Assembly (NCBI GenBank): GCA_934632155.1
Contig: CAKTXZ010000013.1
Coordinates: 3,158-67,157 of the forward strand
Length of the DNA: 64,000 nucleotides
Origin: an uncultured Clostridia bacterium
GTDB lineage: Bacteria; Bacillota; Clostridia; Christensenellales; Aristaeellaceae
Direction: 5' to 3'
The notes under the pieces: generated by a model
Told to the model about the DNA's origin: nothing
What the model saw: the letters and a program-made list of their open reading frames with translations, nothing else
Databases searched by the model: none
Position numbers and translations under genes: made by a program
Shown: positions 17,437-34,556 of the stretch, piece by piece
Position numbering within the stretch: the stretch's first letter is position 1
Layout of the letters: every line of letters starts with the position of its first letter

Positions 17437-19152
17437 TCAGCGCTTTTTGCCGCCGTTTAGTCCCAGCACGCCCAGCAGGGAACGGGTCAGCGAACTGCCC
17501 AGCTGCCGGCCTGCGCTGGTGGTGGCGGATTTGGTAAAGGAATCGAGCAGCTGTTCACCCACCGTCATTTCGCTGCGCTTTTTGGCAACCTTGCGCGCCT
17601 TTTCCGGCTTTTCGGAGCGCGGTGCGGCAACCGCATCCTGCGCGGCGGGATACTGCGGCTGCACACAGACGGGCTGCGGATATTGCGTCTGCGCCGCCGG
17701 AGGCTGCTGCAGGGTCGGGATGGCGCGCTCCTCGTACTGCCCGGTAGCGGGGTTATACACCCGGAAGGCGACAGGCTGATACGCCGGCTGCGCAGGCGCG
17801 GCGGCAGACTGCTGCTGCGCGGCGTCCGGAATGGGACGCACGACCTGCGTCTGCTGCGCGCCCTGCCGGGCAAACTGCGCTGAAAGCACCTCATAGGCGC
17901 TTTCGCGGTCAAATGCGTCGTCATATTTGGCGCCGATCGCATCGGTTTCCATGAAGGCCCTGCGCAGCGCGTCCGAAACCGCGCCGATCTGCGATTGCGG
18001 CGGCAGAATCACTGCCCGCTGCACAACGGAGGGCGCGCCGTCCTCCTGCAGGAAGGACAAGAGCGCTTCGCCCGTGCCCAGCTGCGTGATGGCCTCCGCC
18101 GTATCAAAGGCGGGGTTGGGGCGGAAGGTCTGCGCCACAGCGCGGACAACCTTCTGCTCCTGCGGCGTAAAGGCGCGCAGCGCGTGCTCCACCCGGCCGG
18201 AAAGCTGGGACAGCACGGAGGAGGGCACGTCGGTGGGCGTTTGCGTAATGAAATACACGCCCACGCCCTTGGAGCGAATCAGGCGGATGACCTGCTCGAT
18301 GCGCTCCAGCAGCGCTTTGCTACAATCGTCAAAGAGCAGGTGCGCCTCGTCAAAGAAAAACACCATGCGCGGCAGCGCGCTGTCGCCCTGCTCGGGCAGC
18401 GCCTCGTAGAGCGCGCCCAGCATCCACAGCAGGAAGGTAGAATACATCGCAGGCTTACGGAAAAGACGCTCCGCCGCCAGAATATTGACAACGCCGCCGC
18501 CGTTTTCATCCTGCTGCAGCCAATCGGCAATGTCCAGCGCCGGCTCTCCAAAGAAGAAATTGCCGCCCTGATCCTCTAAAATGGCGATGGCGCGCTGAAT
18601 CGCCCCGACGGTGGATTTGGCAATATTGCCGTAATCCAGCGTATAACGCGCGGCGTTCTCGCCCACGTACGCCAGCATGGCCTTGACGTCCTTGAGGTCG
18701 ATCAGCAGCATGCCCTCGTCGTCCGCGATGCGGAAAACAATGTGCATCACGCCCGTTTGCGTGTCGTTGAGGCCCAGCATCCGCGAAAGCAGCAGCGGCC
18801 CCATCTCGCTCACCGTCGTGCGCACGGGGTGGCCCTTTTCGCCGTACACGTCCCAAAGGGCGACGGGACAGGCGCGGAACGGAAAGTGCGTCACGCCGCA
18901 CTGCGAAAGCCTTTGGTCGATTCGGTCGCTCCCCTCGCCCGGCTTGCCAAGGCCGGCAAGGTCGCCCTTGACGTCCGCCATAAAGACGGGCACGCCCAGC
19001 TGCGAAAAGCCCTCCGCCAGCACCTGCAGCGTAACCGTTTTGCCCGTGCCCGTCGCGCCCGCGATCAGGCCGTGGCGGTTGGCCATGGCGGGAAGCAGGC
19101 AGACGGCTCCCTCCTGTGAAGTGCCCAGCCAGATGTTGCCGTTGAGCAGCAT
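17437..19152 (-). CDS. HerA-like P-loop ATPase, DUF853/YjgR family
   Basis: Walker A is LIAGATGTGKT and Walker B-like is MVFFFDEAHLLF. The overall protein resembles YjgR. The C-terminus is Q/P-rich and ends in a K-rich tail. Confidence 0.75.
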   Translation of the reverse strand: MLLNGNIWLGTSQEGAVCLLPAMANRHGLIAGATGTGKTVTLQVLAEGFSQLGVPVFMADVKGDLAGLGKPGEGSDRIDQRLSQCGVTHFPFRACPVALWDVYGEKGHPVRTTVSEMGPLLLSRMLGLNDTQTGVMHIVFRIADDEGMLLIDLKDVKAMLAYVGENAARYTLDYGNIAKSTVGAIQRAIAILEDQGGNFFFGEPALDIADWLQQDENGGGVVNILAAERLFRKPAMYSTFLLWMLGALYEALPEQGDSALPRMVFFFDEAHLLFDDCSKALLERIEQVIRLIRSKGVGVYFITQTPTDVPSSVLSQLSGRVEHALRAFTPQEQKVVRAVAQTFRPNPAFDTAEAITQLGTGEALLSFLQEDGAPSVVQRAVILPPQSQIGAVSDALRRAFMETDAIGAKYDDAFDRESAYEVLSAQFARQGAQQTQVVRPIPDAAQQQSAAAPAQPAYQPVAFRVYNPATGQYEERAIPTLQQPPAAQTQYPQPVCVQPQYPAAQDAVAAPRSEKPEKARKVAKKRSEMTVGEQLLDSFTKSATTSAGRQLGSSLTRSLLGVLGLNGGKKR

Positions 19153-19211
19153 GATGATTTCCTCCTTCGTGGTGTGTTCTGTTGTTCTATCCTTTGCGCG
19201 CGTTCTCTGCG

Positions 19212-20345
19212 TCAGGCCATGCCGTAGAGCAGCGCCACGGCATGCGCGCTGACGCCCAGCCCCTCGCCCTCAAAGCCCATGCGCTCGGTCGTGGTGGCCT
19301 TAAAGCCGATCCTTTCGGGCGGCGCCTGCAGCGCGGCCGCAGTCGCTGCGCGCATGTCGTCCATATAAGGAGCAAGCTTGGGCGCCTGCGCCACGATGGT
19401 CACATCCGCATTGCCGATTTCGTAGCCCGCCGCGCGCAGCCGCTTGCCGACCTCCTCGAGCAGCGTCAGCGAGGAAATGCCCGCGTAGCGCGCATCGTTA
19501 TCCGGGAACAGGCGGCCGATGTCGGGCATCGCCGCCGCGCCCAGCAGCGCGTCCATCAGCGCGTGCAGCGCCACATCCGCGTCGCTGTGCCCCAGCAGCC
19601 CCTTTTCATAGGGCACGCTTACGCCGCCCAGCACCAGCGCGCGCCCGCTTACCAGCCGATGCACGTCGAACCCATACCCGATTCGGGGCAAAAACAAGCC
19701 GCCCGCCATACGCAGATCCTCCGGTGAAGTCAGCTTCAGGTTATCCGGGCTGCCCGGCGTGAGATAGACGGGAAAGCCCGCCGCCTCCATCAGCGCCGCG
19801 TCGTCGGTATAACGCGCCGCAGCCCGGCGATGCGCCGCCAGCAAATCGCGCCGATAAAAGCCCTGCGGCGTCTGCATCTGATACAATTCGCTGCGGCGCA
19901 GCGTTTCCAGCACGCGCCCGTCCGCAGCGGCGCGCTTGACGGTATCGCGCGCAGGGATTGCCGCCACGCCGCTGCCGCGCGCGCGCACGGAGGCGATCGC
20001 ATCCGCAATGATGCGCTCGGTCACAAGGGGGCGCGCGCCATCGTGAATCAGGACGATATCGCATGCTTCCGGCAGCGCCTCCAGCCCGCGCAGGCAGGAT
20101 TCCTGGCGGTCGCAGCCGCCGGGAACGATCGGAAAATCGGGCAGGGCGCAGGCGCGCAGCGTTTCTCGGAAGATCGTTTCCTCTCCCGCCCGCACGACCA
20201 GCACGCAGCCCTCCGTCGCCTTGGCAAAGACACGCAGCGCGCGCACGACCGCCGGCACGCCGCCCACGGGCAGCAGCGTTTTGTTGCCCGCCGCGCCCAT
20301 GCGCGAGCCGCTGCCGCCGCATAGCAGCACAGCGTAAACGCTCAT
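19212..20345 (-). CDS. ispDF: bifunctional IspD/IspF (MEP cytidylyltransferase + MEcPP synthase) fusion
   Basis: Start at ATG 20345. The IspD half begins MSVYAVLLCGGSGSRMG and the IspF half begins RIGYGFDVHRLVSGRALVLGGV...GHSDADVALHAL, in one frame. Confidence 0.9.
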   Translation of the reverse strand: MSVYAVLLCGGSGSRMGAAGNKTLLPVGGVPAVVRALRVFAKATEGCVLVVRAGEETIFRETLRACALPDFPIVPGGCDRQESCLRGLEALPEACDIVLIHDGARPLVTERIIADAIASVRARGSGVAAIPARDTVKRAAADGRVLETLRRSELYQMQTPQGFYRRDLLAAHRRAAARYTDDAALMEAAGFPVYLTPGSPDNLKLTSPEDLRMAGGLFLPRIGYGFDVHRLVSGRALVLGGVSVPYEKGLLGHSDADVALHALMDALLGAAAMPDIGRLFPDNDARYAGISSLTLLEEVGKRLRAAGYEIGNADVTIVAQAPKLAPYMDDMRAATAAALQAPPERIGFKATTTERMGFEGEGLGVSAHAVALLYGMA

Positions 20346-20878
20346 GGCGTATCCTCCGTCAGCATACGAATTATCGTTTCGTATATTTCGCCCGCCCGGC
20401 GCGGCCACGCCGCCGCCAGCTGCGCCGCCAGTTCGCGCGTAGGCAGCGAAAGCGTCAGGCGCATCATATCCATTTCCTGCTCCACAACCGAAAGCGTCGC
20501 CTCGTATTCGCCGCGCTCGGTCTGACGAACAGACTGCTCGTATTCGTCCTCCGCCTGAAACCTCTCGCGCCATTCGCCGCCCGTTTCACGCAGCAGCGCG
20601 GTCAGGCTGTTGGGAACGCGATTGCCAAAGAGCGAAAGCGCCTCGCGCCCGGCGGGCGTCAGGGTGTAAACGTTTCCCGCGCGCTTCCTTTCGCGCACCG
20701 CCTGTCCGCGGTCGCACAGGTCGTTGAGGGCAAACATCATGTCAAAGTAGTTCATCAGGTCGTACTCGAAGAAAAACTGCAGCAGCTGCAGCTCCGTGCA
20801 GGGCGAAAGCTCCCGCAGGGCGTAAAGCACGATCAGCCGCTGCTCGTCATCGGGCGCGCGGCGCGGCGGATGAAGCAT
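20342..20878 (-). CDS. DUF4364-family protein
   Basis: Start at ATG 20878 (GGGAGGAG upstream): MLHPPRRAPDDEQRLIVLYALREL...FFFEYDLMNYFDMMFALNDL. ATGA 4-nt overlap with ispDF. Confidence 0.6.
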   Translation of the reverse strand: MLHPPRRAPDDEQRLIVLYALRELSPCTELQLLQFFFEYDLMNYFDMMFALNDLCDRGQAVRERKRAGNVYTLTPAGREALSLFGNRVPNSLTALLRETGGEWRERFQAEDEYEQSVRQTERGEYEATLSVVEQEMDMMRLTLSLPTRELAAQLAAAWPRRAGEIYETIIRMLTEDTP

Positions 20879-21229
20879 GGCGTTCTCCTCCCTTTTCGAA
20901 TTGCTAACCTTCATTGTATTCTCAATCGCCAGTGAAAAATCCTGCCGCGCCGTCCCAAAAGGAAGAAATAAAGCGAAGCGGGGCGCGCCGCGCTGCGCAA
21001 TACCGCGACGCGCAACCGGCAAGCACCGCCGCGTTCATCAAAGCGCCCGGTTCGCCGCAGAAAAGGCGCAGGCAATTGGGGGCAGCTTCGATTGCAAGCT
21101 GCATAAAGCGAACCGGCAAAAGCCGTTTCATGCCAGCCCTGCTGCGGGCGCTGAAGGAGTTTTCGCCGGATAACCGCCGGTTCGCCGTGCATGCGCGCTC
21201 GCCGGAGCAAGTTGGAAATCGCCGCCATC

Positions 21230-21271
21230 AAAAAGGGAACCATCCCCTGAATGGTCAAGGAACGGTTCCCC
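21230..21271 (-). terminator. rho-independent terminator after rpoC
   Basis: Minus strand reads GGGGAACC...GGTTCCC followed by TTTTTGAT, 14 nt after the rpoC stop. Confidence 0.6.
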
Positions 21272-21284
21272 ATGCGGTATATGC

Positions 21285-24842
<3,558 letters not shown>

Positions 24843-24945
24843 GGATCGTTTACTCCCTCCGTTTGGCCGTTTCCGGCCACGACGCGAGCGCCGCCGCAGC
24901 GCGGCGCTCCGCATGGCGTATGCTTCGGGTTATCCCGCGACTTGA

Positions 24946-28665
<3,720 letters not shown>

Positions 28666-28807
28666 AAAAGCTATCACCCCTTTATTCCTGCCCAGAAAAC
28701 GGAAAAACGCATATCGCCCCCTACCCAACCGCCCGGACGAGAACTCGCCGAAGGGCGCTGGGTGACGGCCATAATAACGCATCTTACCGATACTGATGCA
28801 ATCGTAG

Positions 28808-28836
28808 AGTATAGCATAACAGCAAGCGGAAGTCAA
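28808..28836 (-). promoter_or_regulatory. sigma-A type promoter of rpoBC
   Basis: Minus strand TTGACT (28836-28831), 17-nt spacer, TATACT (28813-28808), ~140 nt upstream of the rpoB ATG. Confidence 0.65.
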
Positions 28837-29161
28837 TCGTTTCCCGGCGCGCAAAAGCATAAAAATTGAAAAAAGTTGCACTTTTTTTGCATTATCCGGC
28901 GTTCCGTCGCGCATACGGCCCGATGCCGGGCGCATTTTGCGCTTCGCCCCGGCCGCGCAGCGTGCGGCGATTGCAGGAGGACAGGCCGCGACAAAAACGA
29001 CGAGGGCGAACGGCGCATCGGGCGCGGTCTTCCTACAGGCCGGATATGCTTCGGGGGAACCCTTCCCACGCCCATCGCTTTCGCCGCTTCCCCCTATGGA
29101 AGCGCGCCGAAAAGGAGCGGCAGGAACCGGTTCCCCCGAAGGAAAAGGATAGGCCCGGCCC

Positions 29162-30073
29162 TCACAGGCGGGCGAGCCGCCGGAACAGGTCGGTAAAGAG
29201 CGCGTCGCGATCCACGCGCCAGACATAGCGAATCAAGGGGCGCTCCGGATCGAAGCTGTAGCGGTGATCGTATTGCGGAACGGGGCTGTGCTCGGGACGG
29301 TCGGCAAGGATTTTTCCTTCCGTATCCAGCAGCCACGCGACGGCGGTCACATCCCAAATCACGCGGCTCCACGCCGTCCCGGCGGCGTAGGCCTCCGCCT
29401 CCTGAATGGTATGATCGCACAGATAATCGCACAGCGCGCTGCGGCCGCGCAGCCAATGGATCAATTCCGGGCCTGTAACGCGCGCCTCGGTCACAACGCC
29501 GGCGCAGGGCAGCTGCACCAGCGGCGCGGCGCCGCCGAAAACGATGCGCGCCGCCGCCACATCCTGCATCATGTTGAATTCATCGTTGCGCGGCCAGTGC
29601 AGCGCGTTGCCGCCCAGCCAGACAATCACCACGCGCCGCGCAATCTCGGGCGCAAGGAGCAGGGCGGAGGCAACGTTGGTAATCGCGCCGATGGACACGA
29701 TATACAGCGGCCTTTCGGGCGAATACTCCATGGCGATTCGGACAATCGCGCGGGCGGCGGGCGAATCCACGGGCGTGCTTTCGTCCGGCAGATAGCGCTC
29801 CGAGCCGCGATATACCAGCGGACTCAGCTCCTCCCGGCGCGCAAGGCGCAGCAGCTTGAGAATCTCCTGATAGCTTTTCTCCATTCCGTCCGCAGGGCCC
29901 GTTGATTTTTCGTTGTGAAAGGGCGCGGCGCAAATGGCGCGCACGCGCAGCCGCTCGGGCGCGGCAAGCATGTAGGAAACGGCGAATTGGTCGTCGATCT
30001 CGTTATAGGTATCCGTGTCCAGTATCATGTCGATCAGGCCGTCAGGCCGCGCAGGGCAGCGCTTTTCCTCCAA
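29162..30073 (-). CDS. nucleoside hydrolase (inosine/uridine-preferring family)
   Basis: [21 protein letters not shown] carries the DxDxxxDD motif. The track start at 30073 is a TTG; the alternative ATG at 30028 has no clear RBS, so the start is uncertain. Confidence 0.8.
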   Translation of the reverse strand: MEEKRCPARPDGLIDMILDTDTYNEIDDQFAVSYMLAAPERLRVRAICAAPFHNEKSTGPADGMEKSYQEILKLLRLARREELSPLVYRGSERYLPDESTPVDSPAARAIVRIAMEYSPERPLYIVSIGAITNVASALLLAPEIARRVVIVWLGGNALHWPRNDEFNMMQDVAAARIVFGGAAPLVQLPCAGVVTEARVTGPELIHWLRGRSALCDYLCDHTIQEAEAYAAGTAWSRVIWDVTAVAWLLDTEGKILADRPEHSPVPQYDHRYSFDPERPLIRYVWRVDRDALFTDLFRRLARL

Positions 30074-30133
30074 GAAAATCCCAACCTTTCTCTTTCTGAT
30101 GCTTCGTTCCGTATATCCGCGGGAAAGCGGCCG

Positions 30134-31639
30134 CTATTGCGCCGCAAGCGTCTCAACGGAGGCAAAGGGAAAACGCGCTACGGCGTCTCCCTGCGCAAAG
30201 AGCGCGAAAAAGCAGCCGGTGAACGTAAAATTCATACATTCCGTGGACAACAGCTGCGTGCAGCCGCTGCCGACAAACGAAAGCCGCTTCGCATCCGGTC
30301 CCGCGTAAAAATCATAGCGCAGCCGGTGCGCGTCGATCTGCAAAAGCACTTCGTCCGCGTCCGGCAAAAGCAGCGTCTGCTCCATAAGCATATCCACTAC
30401 GCGGCGGCGCAGCGAAACGCGCAGCCCGCCGGCCGCTCTTTGGACGCAAAGATCATAATGATGCTCGTGCGTATGAAAAACGGTCGCGCCCGCCGTGCCC
30501 GCGCCCGATAGGCGCAGCGCCGCCCGGAAGCGCAGGTCAAAGCCCTGCTGCCGCACGCCCAGAAAGGTAGGCGAGGCCGCCTCGTCCAGCGTCGCAGCGC
30601 CGCCGCGCAGGGTCAGCCCGTCGCCAAAGGCATAATCGTCCATACGCGGGTTGCGCAGAAAGCTCCAGCGCGGAAGCGGGCGAGGGGCGGAAAAATCGTC
30701 CCGCCATGCGATCGACGGCCGCAGCACGCTTTCGTCGCCGTCCTCCGTCAGCCGCATGACGCGCTCGATTCTTTTCCCGCCGTTGACGACCGGCCAGCCC
30801 TCCGCGTCCCACGTTACGGGCGCAAGCAGGGTCTCGCGCCCAATATGGTGCAGCAGCGCGGTAGAGGGGCGAATGCCATGGAAAAGCATGCGCCAATCGC
30901 CGTCGGGCGTCTGAATCAGGTCGCCGTGGCCGACGGCCTGAAAATCCGGCCACGCGGCGTTGACATGCGTCAAAATGGGATTGCGCGGACAGCCCTCGAA
31001 CGGCCCCCATACGGAACGGCTTCGCGCGATGGTCTCCATATGGCCGTATTCCGTGCCGCCCTCGGCGATCATCAGGTAATACCAGCCGTTGATCCGGTAC
31101 ATATGCGGCCCCTCGGGGGCTTTTCCGCCGCTGCCGTACCAGATGGGGAGCGTCGGGCCGAGCCTCCCGCCGGTTTTCAGATCAATCTCAAACTGGCCGA
31201 TGCACTGCACGCCGCGCTCATCGTTGTGCGTGGCGATCAGATAGGCGCGGCCGTCCGTATCCCAGAAAAGCGAAGGGTCGATGCCCTCATGATCGATCCA
31301 GACGGGATCCGACCATTCGCCGCGGATATCGTCCGTCCAGACGAAGAAATTTCCCCCGCCCGTGACGTTCGTCGTCGTCAGGTAAAAGCGGCCGTCGCGG
31401 CAGCGAAGCGTCGGCGCGAAAACGCCGCCCGACGCGCGGCAGCCGGCGAGCGGCAGCTGGCTTTCCCGCGTCAGCACATGGCCCAGCTGCTCCCAACGGA
31501 TCAGGTCGCGGCTGTGAAAGAGCGGAACGCCGGGAAAAAATTCGAACGAGCTGGTCGCCAGATAATAATCCGCCCCGACGCGGCAAACGCTGGGGTCGGG
31601 ATAAAAGCCGGGAATGACGGGATTCTCATAAGCAGGCAT
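30134..31639 (-). CDS. glycoside hydrolase family 43 (beta-xylosidase/alpha-L-arabinofuranosidase)
   Basis: Start at ATG 31639 (AAAGGAG upstream): MPAYENPVIPGFYPDPSVCRVGADYYLATSSFEFFPGVPLFHSRDL, with a C-terminal beta-sandwich. Confidence 0.88.
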   Translation of the reverse strand: MPAYENPVIPGFYPDPSVCRVGADYYLATSSFEFFPGVPLFHSRDLIRWEQLGHVLTRESQLPLAGCRASGGVFAPTLRCRDGRFYLTTTNVTGGGNFFVWTDDIRGEWSDPVWIDHEGIDPSLFWDTDGRAYLIATHNDERGVQCIGQFEIDLKTGGRLGPTLPIWYGSGGKAPEGPHMYRINGWYYLMIAEGGTEYGHMETIARSRSVWGPFEGCPRNPILTHVNAAWPDFQAVGHGDLIQTPDGDWRMLFHGIRPSTALLHHIGRETLLAPVTWDAEGWPVVNGGKRIERVMRLTEDGDESVLRPSIAWRDDFSAPRPLPRWSFLRNPRMDDYAFGDGLTLRGGAATLDEAASPTFLGVRQQGFDLRFRAALRLSGAGTAGATVFHTHEHHYDLCVQRAAGGLRVSLRRRVVDMLMEQTLLLPDADEVLLQIDAHRLRYDFYAGPDAKRLSFVGSGCTQLLSTECMNFTFTGCFFALFAQGDAVARFPFASVETLAAQ

Positions 31640-31797
31640 AACGCGCTCCTTTGCAAAACACATGGCTATACGGCCATTGTATCGGGACAAAATAAAAAAG
31701 TCAAGAAAACGGAAAATGATATATACCAGCTTTTCGGCAGCGGCGACGTGAAAAAAAACGCCCGCGCGTATCGGACAAAATTTGGCCGCGCGCGCGA

Positions 31798-31826
31798 TTG
31801 ACAGGAGAATTTGCGGCGCATATAAT
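31798..31826 (+). promoter_or_regulatory. consensus sigma-A promoter of galE
   Basis: TTGACA (31798-31803), 17-nt spacer, TATAAT (31821-31826). Confidence 0.7.
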
Positions 31827-31871
31827 AATAAATGCGGTTGATGATAACCAATGCTGAAGGAGGACAGACCC

Positions 31872-32885
31872 ATGCGTGTTTTATTGACGGGCGGCGCGGG
31901 TTATATCGGTTCCCACACGGCGCTGTGCCTGCTGGAAGCCGGCTACGAGGTCGTGGCTCTGGACAATCTTTCCAACGCCAGCCCCGAGGCGCTTCACCGC
32001 GTTGAAGCGCTTACCGGAAAAAAGGCGCCCCTGATTGTCGGCGATTGCGCCAGCGAGGCGGACCTGACCCGCGTCTTTGAGCAATATACCATCGACGCGG
32101 TGATTCATTTCGCCGGGCTCAAGGCGGTGGGCGAATCGGTGCAAAAGCCGCTGGATTATTACCAAAACAATCTGGACGCGACCATGGCGCTTTGCCGCGT
32201 TATGCCGCGCTTCGGCTGCCGCGTGCTGGTGTTCTCCTCCTCCGCCACGGTTTACGGCACGAGCGAGCAGATGCCCCTGCGCGAGGATTTTCCCACCGGC
32301 TGTACCAATCCCTACGGCTGGACCAAGTGGATCAGCGAACGCATCCTGACCGACGTCGCCGCCGCCGACCCGACGCGATCCTTCGTTCTGCTGCGTTATT
32401 TCAACCCCATCGGCGCGCATGAAAGCGGCCGCATCGGCGAGGATCCCACCGGCATTCCCAACAACCTGATGCCCTACATCTGTCAGGTTGCCGCCGGCAA
32501 GCTGGATCATCTGCACGTTTTCGGCAACGACTATCCCACCCGCGACGGAACCGGCGAGCGCGATTATATCCACGTCATGGATCTGGCGGAGGGGCACGTG
32601 GCCGCGATTAAATACGCTTTGGAGCACAGCGGCGTGGAAATCGTCAATCTGGGCACGGGCAATCCCTACAGCGTGCTGGATATCGTGCACGCCTTCGAAA
32701 AGGCTAACGGTTTGAAAATTCCCTATGAAATCACGCCGCGCCGTCCCGGCGACATCGCCGTTTGTTATGCGGACGCAGCCAAGGCCGAGCGCCTGCTGGG
32801 CTGGCACGCCCGCCGCGATTTGACCGCCATGTGCCGCGACGCGTGGAACTGGCAAAAGCATAATCCCCGCGGCTACGAAGCCTGA
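31872..32885 (+). CDS. galE: UDP-glucose 4-epimerase
   Basis: Start at ATG 31872 (GAAGGAGG upstream): MRVLLTGGAGYIGSH...SSSATVYG...YGWTKW. Confidence 0.93.
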   Translation: MRVLLTGGAGYIGSHTALCLLEAGYEVVALDNLSNASPEALHRVEALTGKKAPLIVGDCASEADLTRVFEQYTIDAVIHFAGLKAVGESVQKPLDYYQNNLDATMALCRVMPRFGCRVLVFSSSATVYGTSEQMPLREDFPTGCTNPYGWTKWISERILTDVAAADPTRSFVLLRYFNPIGAHESGRIGEDPTGIPNNLMPYICQVAAGKLDHLHVFGNDYPTRDGTGERDYIHVMDLAEGHVAAIKYALEHSGVEIVNLGTGNPYSVLDIVHAFEKANGLKIPYEITPRRPGDIAVCYADAAKAERLLGWHARRDLTAMCRDAWNWQKHNPRGYEA

Positions 32886-32895
32886 TAAACAAAAA

Positions 32896-32926
32896 GGGCG
32901 CTCTTGCATCCAAGAGCGTCCTTTTT
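32896..32926 (+). terminator. rho-independent terminator after galE
   Basis: GGGCGCTCTTG-CATC-CAAGAGCGTCC followed by TTTTT. Confidence 0.85.
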
Positions 32927-33360
32927 GCACGGTATTTTTGAAACGCGCCCGTGCGGCAGCCGGCGTAAACCTGCGCAAGGGGACGAAGCTATGCATGCCA
33001 CTTAACCGCCCTCTAATGCTCCATGCCCGAGCACTGAAGCCGGCGCATCCGGCCCACAGCGCGCGAATACACGCCGCCGTTTTGGCAGAAGCCAGTAAGC
33101 ATGCATTCTGTTGTCCATTGCCATCCATCCTTATTATCTGCAGCGTATGGGATTGCAAACAAGAACGCGCCCCGCGCGAGCTGTTTCAGCGTGGTAATAT
33201 CTGGATTTTCTGCACTTTGGCGGCGTCCTGACCTCATTGCCCGTTCGCCTGCCGGGCTTATGTTAAATTTCGTTTTTTGCAATCGCCGGGCTTTACTTCT
33301 CCTGCGGATTTGGTATAATAGTAAAGGTCTCCGGTTAATTTCCAACAATAGAAAAGGAGA

Positions 33361-34101
33361 ATGAAAACCATGAAAAAGCTTCTGACCTTTGGCTTGGCGC
33401 TGCTGCTGACGCTGACGCTCTCCGCCTGCGCTGTGGCGGAAAAGACCGACGGCGTGATGACGCACGCGGAATTCGTTGCCGCCGCCGTCGATACCGAAGT
33501 GACGGTTGAAACCTACGTGCAGGCCACCCAGTCCTGGTGGAACGACAAGATCACCGTGTACTGCCAGTCCGAGGACGGCGCGTATTTCCTCTACGACATG
33601 CCCTGCTCCAAGGAAGACGCTGAAAAGCTCGTGCCCGGCACGAAACTGCGCGTTACGGGCTACAAGGCCGAATGGTCCGGCGAGGTCGAAATCATCGACG
33701 CCACCTTCGAAATCCTCGAGGGCAGCTACATCGCCGAGGCGACGGACGTGACCGACCTGTTCTACGATGAAAAGCTGGCCGAGCACATGAACGAGTTCGT
33801 CGTCTTCAAGGGTCTGACCGTCGAGCCCAGCAAGGATCCCGCGGGCAACGAGGTTCCCTACCTGTTCAACTATGACGGCTCCGGTCAGGAAGGCCAGAGC
33901 GACCTGTACTTCTTCGTCTCCCTCAACGGCGGCAAGCCCGTGCAGTTTACCGTTCGCCGCTACCTGTGCGGAACCGACAGCGAAGTGCATCAGGCCGTGA
34001 AGAACCTGAAGATCGGCGATACGATCGATCTGGAGGGCTTCCTCTACTGGTACAACGGCGCGAACACCCACACCACCTCCGTGCAGGTTGTCGCGAAGTA
34101 A
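33361..34101 (+). CDS. lipoprotein of unknown function
   Basis: MKTMKKLLTFGLALLLTLTLSAC has a lipobox (LSAC). AAAGGAGA RBS. Confidence 0.7.
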   Translation: MKTMKKLLTFGLALLLTLTLSACAVAEKTDGVMTHAEFVAAAVDTEVTVETYVQATQSWWNDKITVYCQSEDGAYFLYDMPCSKEDAEKLVPGTKLRVTGYKAEWSGEVEIIDATFEILEGSYIAEATDVTDLFYDEKLAEHMNEFVVFKGLTVEPSKDPAGNEVPYLFNYDGSGQEGQSDLYFFVSLNGGKPVQFTVRRYLCGTDSEVHQAVKNLKIGDTIDLEGFLYWYNGANTHTTSVQVVAK

Positions 34102-34143
34102 AGAAAAGCGGCGGCTGGAAAAGCCGACTGCAAGCGCTATAGC

Positions 34144-34178
34144 AAAACCGTTCCTTGATTCGTCAGGGAACGGTTTTT
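34144..34178 (+). terminator. rho-independent terminator after the lipoprotein gene
   Basis: AACCGTTCC-12 nt-GGAACGGTT followed by TTT. Confidence 0.8.
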
Positions 34179-34423
34179 AAGCTGCCGGAAAAGTCGCAAT
34201 CAAACCTGCGGAACGCAATGAAGGACGACCGGCCCTTCATTTTCATTCGTATCGACCGGCTTAGCCGGACGGGCAGGGATATTTTTCAATGTAGCGGCGC
34301 GGCAGAATCATTTCCGCAGCCCTGTCCCGCAGGATGAAGCGCTTCGTTCCGCAGGGAGCGTGGCAAAACCGTTTTCTGTTTTATCGGGGGAACGGCCGCA
34401 TCGCTCCCCGCCAAGCGGATAAT

Positions 34424-34464
34424 CAAAAATGCGCCGGGATACGAAGCGCGTTTTCATCCCGGCG
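34424..34464 (-). terminator. probable terminator downstream of pgsA
   Basis: Minus strand has a 9-bp stem (CGCCGGGAT/ATCCCGGCG) followed by CATTTTTGAT, ~90 nt after the pgsA stop. Confidence 0.5.
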
Positions 34465-34556
34465 TAGGCAAAGGACGGCGCAGACGCGCCGGCCCGCGCA
34501 AAGCAGCGCCGAAGGAAAAGCGCGGGCGAACGAAGCGCTCCTGCCGAAGCGCCGCG

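Noticed and set aside
28666-29226. 187-residue N-terminal extension of rpoB in the ORF track (1426 aa)
   Set aside because: The extension runs through the rpoB promoter and into the end of the nucleoside-hydrolase gene. The conserved RpoB N-terminus starts at the ATG at 28665. Similar over-extensions were trimmed for rpoC, secA, tsaD, ispDF, GH43, the HAD phosphatase, the LysR gene and others.
34155-34337. 60-aa ORF in the 455-nt gap between the lipoprotein gene and pgsA
   Set aside because: It starts inside the terminator hairpin, has no RBS and has no protein-like features. The gap otherwise contains only terminators.
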